From: Gammaproteobacteria bacterium
GTDB taxonomy: Bacteria; Pseudomonadota; Gammaproteobacteria; Steroidobacterales; Rariloculaceae
Assembly: GCA_016927175.1 (NCBI GenBank)
Contig: JAFGNC010000373.1
Location: forward strand, 1-33,967
DNA length: 33,967 nt
Reading direction: 5' to 3'
Below the pieces are notes generated by a model. The model worked only from the letters and a program-made list of their open reading frames with translations. It searched no databases and had not been told where the DNA came from. This document shows, piece by piece, positions 27,892 to 33,967 of the stretch (position 1 is its first letter; each line of letters begins with the position of its first letter). The position numbers and the translations under genes are program-made.

Positions 27892-28815
27892 TCAGCCCTC
27901 CCGGATTCCCCGCGCCGCCTGGCGAACCAGCGCCCGCAGCCAGCGATGCAGCGGATCGTTGGTTCGGCGGTCGTGCCACATCTGCACGTAGTCGAAGCGG
28001 CCGATGTCGAGCTCGGGCGGCGGCTCGCAGATCGCGAGCTTCAGGGAGGACGCGTACAGCTGCGCGAGCCGCTCCGGCACGGGCACGATCATGTTGCTCG
28101 ATTGCGCGAAGAACGGCGCCGCGAGGAAGCGCGGCACGCGCAGCGCGATCTGACGTGACTTGCCGAGGCGCTTCAGCTCACGGTCGATGCCGTGCAGCCG
28201 CGAGTGCAGCACGTCCACGAGCACGTGCGGCCATGCGATGAAATCCTCGACGGTCAGCGTGCCGCCGCCGGCGACGGGGTGGTCGGGCCGCGTCATGACG
28301 ACGAAGCGCTCCGTGAAAAGCGTCTCTGTCCGCATGTCGCGGTACGTCTCTTGGCCCGTCAGGGCCAGGTCGAGAAACCCCGTTTTCAGATGCTCGTAAG
28401 CGTCTTCCCCGATGTCCGTGTAGGCGATCGACAGCTGCGGCGCCGCTTCCGACAGCGCCGCCAGCACGTGCGGCAGCAGCACCGACAGGCCGTAGTCCGT
28501 CGTCGCGATGCGCAGCGTGCCGCGCGCGCCGGCAGGGTCGAACTCTGCCGGTCCCACCATCTGCTCGATGGAAGCGAGAATCTGTCGCAACGGCCCCTGC
28601 AGCTCGAGCGCGCGCGGCGTCGGCGTCATGCTCTGGCCGCGGCGCACGAGCAGCGGGTCGTCGAAATGCTCCCGCAGCCTCTGCAGCGCGTGGCTGACGG
28701 CGGACTGCGTCAGCGCGAGGCGTCTCGCGGCGCGGCTGACCTGGCCTTCCTCGAGCAGCACGTGGAGCGTCAGGAGCAGGTTCAGGTCCAGTCGACGTAA
28801 ATGAACGGCACTCAT
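27892..28815 (-). CDS. LysR-family transcriptional regulator
   Basis: N-terminal wHTH LDLNLLLTLHVLLEEGQVSRAARRLALTQSAVSHALQRLREHF. 307 aa. Divergent from a flavin monooxygenase gene. Confidence 0.9.
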   Translation of the reverse strand: MSAVHLRRLDLNLLLTLHVLLEEGQVSRAARRLALTQSAVSHALQRLREHFDDPLLVRRGQSMTPTPRALELQGPLRQILASIEQMVGPAEFDPAGARGTLRIATTDYGLSVLLPHVLAALSEAAPQLSIAYTDIGEDAYEHLKTGFLDLALTGQETYRDMRTETLFTERFVVMTRPDHPVAGGGTLTVEDFIAWPHVLVDVLHSRLHGIDRELKRLGKSRQIALRVPRFLAAPFFAQSSNMIVPVPERLAQLYASSLKLAICEPPPELDIGRFDYVQMWHDRRTNDPLHRWLRALVRQAARGIREG

Positions 28816-28895
28816 AGAGACTATGATAGATATGCATTAGGTTATTGGCTATCGGCCTTCTATCATTTCCCGCACCAACTCGGGGGGAGCAGTCG
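28816..28895. promoter_or_regulatory. AT-rich divergent control region with 8-bp inverted repeat (candidate LysR operator)
   Basis: ATGATAGA (28823-28830) / TCTATCAT (28859-28866) are perfect inverted repeats 28 nt apart, flanking the ATGCAT palindrome (28832-28837). Local GC is far below the window average. SD GGGGGGAG (28882-28889) precedes ATG 28896. Confidence 0.45.
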
Positions 28896-30464
28896 ATGAA
28901 GACCAGTGAAGTGCCGGTTTTGGTGGTCGGGGCAGGTGCGGCGGGTACGATGCTGACGCTCGAGCTGGCGCGCCGCGGTATCGAAGCGCGGACGGTCGAT
29001 CGCCTGCCGGGCCCCGCGACGACTTCGCGCGCGATCACGGTGCATTCGCGCACGGCGGAGATCCTCGAGCGGATCGATCCGGAGCTGGTCGGGCGTTTTC
29101 TCGAGCGGGCGATCCACAACAAGGGCTACGTGCTGCACTTCGTGGACGCCGAGGGCCGGCGCAGCGTCGTGCGGCCCGGCATCGACTTCACGACGACGGA
29201 CTCGAGCTACCCGTACATCCTGATCCACCGCCAGGACGAGACCGAAAACTTCATCCGCGATTACACCCGCGAGCGCTTCGGCCGTGAGCCGGAGTGGAGC
29301 ACGCGCTGCATCGACGTGCGCCAGGGCGACGACGGCGTCGTCGCGACGCTCGTGCACACGGACCGCGGCGACGAGCGCGAGACCGTTCGCTGCAGGTATC
29401 TGGTCGCGTGCGACGGGATCAACTCCGCCGTGCGCGAGACGCTGAAGCTCGAGCAGGATCAGAGTGACTACAAGGGCACGGTGCTGCAGAACCTCGACGC
29501 GTACCTGCACGGCTTCCCCGACGCCGAAGATTACGTTCACTACTGCGCGGGCACGGATCACTTCATCATGGTCGTGAAGCTGCCCGGCGGCTTCTTCAGG
29601 CTGCTGCTCAGCGACCGCGGTGAAGCGGCCGACCCGAACGTCCCGACGCGCGTCGCCTTCATGAATCTCGTCGACAGGCATTTCGACGGCGTCACGCTCG
29701 GGGATACCGTGTGGCACTCGAAGTGGGAGAGCTGGGTGCGGCTCGCGCACACCTACCGGCAGGGCAACGTGTTTCTGGCGGGCGATTCCGCGCACGTGCA
29801 CTCGACGACCGGCGGCCAGGGCATGAACTGCTGTATGCAGGACGCATACAACCTCGGCTGGAAGCTCGCGATGGTGCTCGAAGGCACGGCGCGACCGGAG
29901 CTGCTCGACACTTACGAGCAGGAACGGCGGCCCATAGCGGAGCAGGTGATCTGGGCCGCGTCGTCTCTGCACGAGATATTCATGGGGCACGGCAAGGACA
30001 TCGCCGAGCGCGCGACGAGGATGAAAGACAAGGCCTTCGTCGATGCGGTCGTCGGCCGCTGCTCGGGCATCTCCTACACGTACCGTGACTACGTCGAGCA
30101 GCCGGTCGCTCTGTCGCCCGTGCCGGGTCCCGCGATCGGCGACCGCGCGCCGGACGCGGACCTCGCCGGCGGCGGCACTCTTTACGGCCTCACGCGCCAC
30201 ACCGGCTTCACGCTGCTCGGCCTGCCGGGCCGCGGCGGCGCGCGGCCGGACGTCGAGGGCGTGCTGTCGCCGTTCCGCGAGCGCTACGGGCGAGTGCTGG
30301 AGGCCCACGCGCTCGACGCGTCGCCGAGCGTCGCCGCCGCGTACGGCAACGGGGGGCCAGCGCGGCTGTACCTGATCAGGCCGGACGGCTACATCGGTTA
30401 CCGCTGCGCGGTAGACGACGCAGAGCGCCTGGAAGAGCATCTGACCTCATCGCTAACGCTCTGA
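28896..30464 (+). CDS. FAD-dependent aromatic-ring monooxygenase (PheA/TfdB/PcpB-type, group A)
   Basis: MKTSEVPVLVVGAGAAGTMLTLELARRG (GxGxxG), CDGINSAVR (DG motif), FLAGDSAHVHSTTGGQGMN (GD motif), and a C-terminal thioredoxin-like extension. Confidence 0.85.
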   Translation: MKTSEVPVLVVGAGAAGTMLTLELARRGIEARTVDRLPGPATTSRAITVHSRTAEILERIDPELVGRFLERAIHNKGYVLHFVDAEGRRSVVRPGIDFTTTDSSYPYILIHRQDETENFIRDYTRERFGREPEWSTRCIDVRQGDDGVVATLVHTDRGDERETVRCRYLVACDGINSAVRETLKLEQDQSDYKGTVLQNLDAYLHGFPDAEDYVHYCAGTDHFIMVVKLPGGFFRLLLSDRGEAADPNVPTRVAFMNLVDRHFDGVTLGDTVWHSKWESWVRLAHTYRQGNVFLAGDSAHVHSTTGGQGMNCCMQDAYNLGWKLAMVLEGTARPELLDTYEQERRPIAEQVIWAASSLHEIFMGHGKDIAERATRMKDKAFVDAVVGRCSGISYTYRDYVEQPVALSPVPGPAIGDRAPDADLAGGGTLYGLTRHTGFTLLGLPGRGGARPDVEGVLSPFRERYGRVLEAHALDASPSVAAAYGNGGPARLYLIRPDGYIGYRCAVDDAERLEEHLTSSLTL

Positions 30465-30597
30465 TGCGCAGGGCGTTTTCGGTTGCCCCCGAGCTTCCGA
30501 TCCGAGCGCTTTCCCATTTGATTTGTCGCGGGTCGCGAACTACAGTGTCGCGACCCGCGGCCGGGCGCGGGAGCGCATTCGGGAAGGTAGCTGGCAC

Positions 30598-31455
30598 ATG
30601 GATTTCATCTATTTCTTGGGCCGTTTTCACGTCCTCGTTCTGCACATTCCGATCGGTATCGTCGTCGCGCTGTTCGCGCTCGAATGGGCTGCTCGCAAGG
30701 AGAAGTACAGGTACCTCGCCGCGGCATCGCCGTTTCTGTGGGGCGCGGCGGCGATCTCGGCTCTGCTGACGGTACTGTTCGGCTATATGCACTTCGCCGA
30801 GGGCGGCTTCGACGGCGCCTCGGCTTCCAACCACCGGCTGTTCGGGACGGTGCTGGCCGTGCTGATCACCGGCGTCGCCTTCCTCAGAATCAGCAAGTTC
30901 GCACCGAATTATGCGCCGCTGTTTTTCCCCGCATCCGCGGTGGCGCTTCTGCTCGCCGCGATCACCGGCCACTACGGAGGCAACCTGACGCACGGCTCCA
31001 CGTATTTGGTCGAGTACGCTCCTCAGCCGCTGCGCTCGATTGCCGGGCTCGGACCGCGGCGGCCGCCCGTCACGGATCTGGCGATGGCGGATCCCTTCCT
31101 CGACGTCGTCGGCCCGATGCTGAGGGAGCGGTGCGGCAGCTGTCACAACGACGACAAGCAGCAGGGCGAGCTGAATCTCGCGACGCACGCGGCCGTCATG
31201 CGCGGCGGCGAGACCGGCTCCGTGGTCACGGCCGGCCGTCCCGAGGTCAGCGAGCTGCTGCGGCGCATCACGCTGCCGAAGGACGACGAGGCGTTCATGC
31301 CGGCAGAGGGCAAGACGCCGCTGACGGACCGGCAGGTCAGAATCATCGAATGGTGGATCAGCGTCGGCGCGCCGCACGAGACGACCATGGCGGAGGTCGA
31401 GGTGCCGCCGGAGATCGAAGCGCTGCTGCGGGCCGAGCTCGGTCTCGACAGCTGA
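30598..31455 (+). CDS. Membrane-anchored c-type cytochrome domain protein (polytopic N-terminal domain + PSCyt1-like CxxCH domain)
   Basis: MDFIYFLGRFHVLVLHIPIGIVVALFALE... has about 4 TM spans. Then VVGPMLRERCGSCHNDDKQQGELNL (CxxCH), MRGGETGSVV, MPAEGKTPLTDRQVRIIEWWI. I prefer ATG 30598 over the track start at 30523. Confidence 0.7.
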   Translation: MDFIYFLGRFHVLVLHIPIGIVVALFALEWAARKEKYRYLAAASPFLWGAAAISALLTVLFGYMHFAEGGFDGASASNHRLFGTVLAVLITGVAFLRISKFAPNYAPLFFPASAVALLLAAITGHYGGNLTHGSTYLVEYAPQPLRSIAGLGPRRPPVTDLAMADPFLDVVGPMLRERCGSCHNDDKQQGELNLATHAAVMRGGETGSVVTAGRPEVSELLRRITLPKDDEAFMPAEGKTPLTDRQVRIIEWWISVGAPHETTMAEVEVPPEIEALLRAELGLDS

Positions 31456-31465
31456 AGGCTCCGGC

Positions 31466-32476
31466 ATGAGGAGGGCCCGCACCCGACGTCGATTCCTGCG
31501 GGACGCGGCGGCGCTGGCGGGAGCGGGCGTTTCGCTGCCGATGGGCTTCGCCGCCATGCGCGCGGCGGCGGCCGAGCAGAGCGACAGGCTCCTGTTGCTC
31601 GGCACCCAGGGCGGCCCGAATTTTCTGCCCGAGCGCAGCGAGACGGCGAGCGCCGTGATCGTCGACGGCGTGCCCTACCTGATCGACTGCGGCTACGGCA
31701 CGCTTGCGGCGCTGATCCGGTCCGGGCTCGGATACCGCGGCGTCGCGAACGTGTTTCTGACTCATCTGCACGACGACCACACCGCCGATCTCGCGGCGTT
31801 CCTGAGTCACCAGTGGACGGGCGGCCGAATCGAGACGACGACCGTTCACGGACCCGCCGGCACGGCGGCGCTCGTCGATGCGGCGCTCGAGTTCGGCGCG
31901 GCGAATGCCGCGATCCGGCTCGTCGACGAGGCCCGGACGCTGTCGCCGCGGGAACTGGTCGAAGCCGTCGACGTCGCGGCCGCCGAGTCGCCGGTCGAAG
32001 TCTTCGAGGACGGGCGCGTCAGCGTCACGGCGGTCGAGAATTCCCATTACCCCGCGGAGTCGCGGCGCCGCATGACGCACCGCTCGGTCGCGTACCGCTT
32101 CGACACCGGCCGGCGCACGATCGTGTTCTCCGGCGACACGGCTTATTCGTCTGCGCTGGTCACGCTCGCGCGCGGCGCCGATGTGCTGGTTTGCGAGGCC
32201 ATGGACGTGGCGGCGATGCGCCGCGCGTTCGAGGCGATGGTCGCCGAAGGCGCGTACGCGGACAATCCGGAGGGGATCTGGCGGCACATCGTCGACACAC
32301 ACACGAGCACCGCCGACGCCGGCAGAATGGCCCGGGAGGCCGGCGTCGGACTGCTGGTTCTGAACCATCTGATTCCGGGCGCGCTGGGCGATCTGCCGGA
32401 GCAGGCTTACGTCGACGGCGTCCGCGGAACGTGGCGCGGCGACGTCGTCGTGGGCCGCGATCTGATGGAGCTGTAG
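31466..32476 (+). CDS. Tat-exported MBL-fold metallo-hydrolase
   Basis: Twin-arginine signal MRRARTRRRFLRDAAALAGAGVSLP. HxHxDH motif FLTHLHDDHTADL, then SGDTAY and LNHL. It starts 10 nt after the cytochrome gene stop. Confidence 0.85.
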   Translation: MRRARTRRRFLRDAAALAGAGVSLPMGFAAMRAAAAEQSDRLLLLGTQGGPNFLPERSETASAVIVDGVPYLIDCGYGTLAALIRSGLGYRGVANVFLTHLHDDHTADLAAFLSHQWTGGRIETTTVHGPAGTAALVDAALEFGAANAAIRLVDEARTLSPRELVEAVDVAAAESPVEVFEDGRVSVTAVENSHYPAESRRRMTHRSVAYRFDTGRRTIVFSGDTAYSSALVTLARGADVLVCEAMDVAAMRRAFEAMVAEGAYADNPEGIWRHIVDTHTSTADAGRMAREAGVGLLVLNHLIPGALGDLPEQAYVDGVRGTWRGDVVVGRDLMEL

Positions 32477-32592
32477 CGGCGCGCCGTGTTGCGTCTCTGC
32501 CGCGGCGACCGCATACTGGCGCGTTCGTGCGGCGTCTCCTCGTCCCACGTCCTTTCCGTCCGTTGAACGAACACCACGCAGAAGGTGTGCCC

Positions 32593-33858
32593 GTGTCCAT
32601 ACAACTCAGCCGTTTCGCCCGATCGCTGACCGTCGAAACCGCCTTCACCGTCCTCGGCATCGCCAAATCGCTGAAGGCGCGCGGCAAGGACGTCGTCGAG
32701 CTCGAGATCGGGGACAGCCCGTTCGACAGCACCGCGTCCGCCCGAGCCGGCGGTGTCGCGGCCATCGAAGACAATCAGTCGCATTACTGCCCGTCGCCCG
32801 GCATACCGGAATTCCGCGAAGCGGCGGCGGCGTTTGTGCGCCGGGAATTCGACGTCCCGGCCGAGGCCGACAACATCGTCGCGGGGCCCGGCGCGAAGGT
32901 CTTCGAGCAGTTCTTCTGCGAGGCTTTCCTGAACCCCGGGGCCGGCGTGCTGGTGTTCAGCCCGTACTTTCCGACCTACGTGCCGAACATCGAGCGCCGC
33001 GGCGCGCGGCCCGTGTTCGTGCCGCTCAGGCAGTCGAACGAGTTCCGGCCGGGCATCGCGGACATCGAGCGTTTCCTGGCCGAGGACGAGTCGCCGAGAG
33101 CGATTTTCCTGAACTCCCCGCACAACCCGACGGGCGGCGTTGCGACCGAGGAGGATCTGGCGCAGATCGCCGATCTCGTCCGCGGACGGGACGTGGCCGT
33201 GTTCAGCGACGAGCCGTATTGCCACATGGTCTGGGAGGGTACCCACCGCTCGCTGCTGAGCCAGCCCGGAATGCTCGAGCAATGCGTCGCGGCTTATACG
33301 TTCAGCAAGTCCTACAGCATGAGCGGCTGGAGGCTCGGCTTCGCCGTCGCGTCACGCGACGTGGCCGACGCGATCGGCAAGATGGTCAACACGACGCTGT
33401 CATGCACGCCGCCGATCGTGCAGCTGGCAGGGACGGCCGCGCTGAAGCACGACGCGGCCGAGCGCGACCGCGTCATGCGCGAGTTTCGCGACAAGGTCGT
33501 GCTGCTGACGGAAGGCCTGAACAGAATCGAGGGCTTTTCGGCGCTCGACCCGAAAGCGACGTTTTACGTGTTCCCGAACGTCGCGCCGGTCTGCAACCGG
33601 CTCGGCGTCACGAGCCACGGTCTCGCGCTGTACATGCTGGAGGGCGCGGACGAGCGCTTCGGCATCGCGAGTCTCGGAGGCGAGTGCTTCGGCGCCGCGG
33701 GAGCGGGCTTTCTGCGCCTCAGCTGTGCCGAGCCGAACGAACGGCTGCGGCAGGCGCTCGACTTCATCCCGGTCGCGCTGTCGCGCCGGGACAGGCTCGA
33801 AGCCTGGCTCGACGAGAAGCCGCAGTATCGACTGCGGGAGCCGTACCGCACGGACTGA
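32593..33858 (+). CDS. Pyridoxal-phosphate-dependent aminotransferase (class I, aspartate/aromatic type)
   Basis: GTG 32593 lies 7 nt after GAAGG. ...LEIGDSPF, NSPHNPTGG, PLP-Lys motif FSKSYSMSGWRLGF, FLRLS. The track ORF start at 31813 is an in-frame GC-rich extension across the upstream gene. Confidence 0.85.
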   Translation: MSIQLSRFARSLTVETAFTVLGIAKSLKARGKDVVELEIGDSPFDSTASARAGGVAAIEDNQSHYCPSPGIPEFREAAAAFVRREFDVPAEADNIVAGPGAKVFEQFFCEAFLNPGAGVLVFSPYFPTYVPNIERRGARPVFVPLRQSNEFRPGIADIERFLAEDESPRAIFLNSPHNPTGGVATEEDLAQIADLVRGRDVAVFSDEPYCHMVWEGTHRSLLSQPGMLEQCVAAYTFSKSYSMSGWRLGFAVASRDVADAIGKMVNTTLSCTPPIVQLAGTAALKHDAAERDRVMREFRDKVVLLTEGLNRIEGFSALDPKATFYVFPNVAPVCNRLGVTSHGLALYMLEGADERFGIASLGGECFGAAGAGFLRLSCAEPNERLRQALDFIPVALSRRDRLEAWLDEKPQYRLREPYRTD

Positions 33859-33881
33859 CGCTCGGCTTCTACCTCGTGCGG

Positions 33882-33967
33882 CCTATCGAGCGGCCGCTCG
33901 GGGCCCGGCTCGTCGAGCGGCTGCTCGGGGCCCGACCCATCGAACGGCTGCTGCTCGGTGCGCGCCC
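33882..33967. repeat. 27-nt tandem repeat (about 3 units), truncated by the window end
   Basis: cctATCGAGCGGCCGCTCGGGGCCCGG / ctcGTCGAGCGGCTGCTCGGGGCCCGA / cccATCGAACGGCTGCTGCTCGG... The period is a multiple of 3. The + frame reads PIERPLGAR LVERLLGAR PIERLL.... Confidence 0.6.

Overview
High-GC, densely coding, chromosomal-looking proteobacterial segment. I support 31 protein-coding genes, one of them partial at the left edge and absent from the ORF track. I found no rRNA, tRNA, CRISPR array, transposase or integrase. Many long ORFs in the track are antisense or out-of-frame shadows, as expected for GC-rich DNA. Gene content mixes C1/methionine housekeeping (glyA, an MTHFR-like gene, metY-metX) with oxidative aromatic metabolism. 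The aromatic set is pobA, a two-subunit cupin dioxygenase resembling hydroquinone 1,2-dioxygenase, a YqjG/PcpF-type glutathionyl-hydroquinone reductase, HpaB-family and PheA/TfdB-family flavin monooxygenases, a LigJ-like hydratase and an arylamine N-acetyltransferase. The most unusual part is 8.5-21.9 kb. An ECF sigma factor with no recognisable anti-sigma is translationally coupled to two secreted paralogous proteins of unknown function. Two more paralogs of that family flank a non-canonical PQQ dehydrogenase, which has no Cys-Cys ring and carries a possible lanthanide-type Asp. One of these paralogs ends a minus-strand operon of P450, SAM-methyltransferase, Zn-ribbon NUDIX and a DUF6152-like protein whose predicted mature N-terminus is His-His. 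I propose this as a candidate uncharacterised periplasmic oxidative system. That is inference from gene order and hand-read motifs, not from any search. Smaller observations are a candidate leader peptide coupled to an MFS efflux gene, a two-tier GC palindrome in the P450/metY divergent region, an AT-rich patch in a 353-bp convergent spacer, and a 27-nt in-frame tandem repeat at the right edge.
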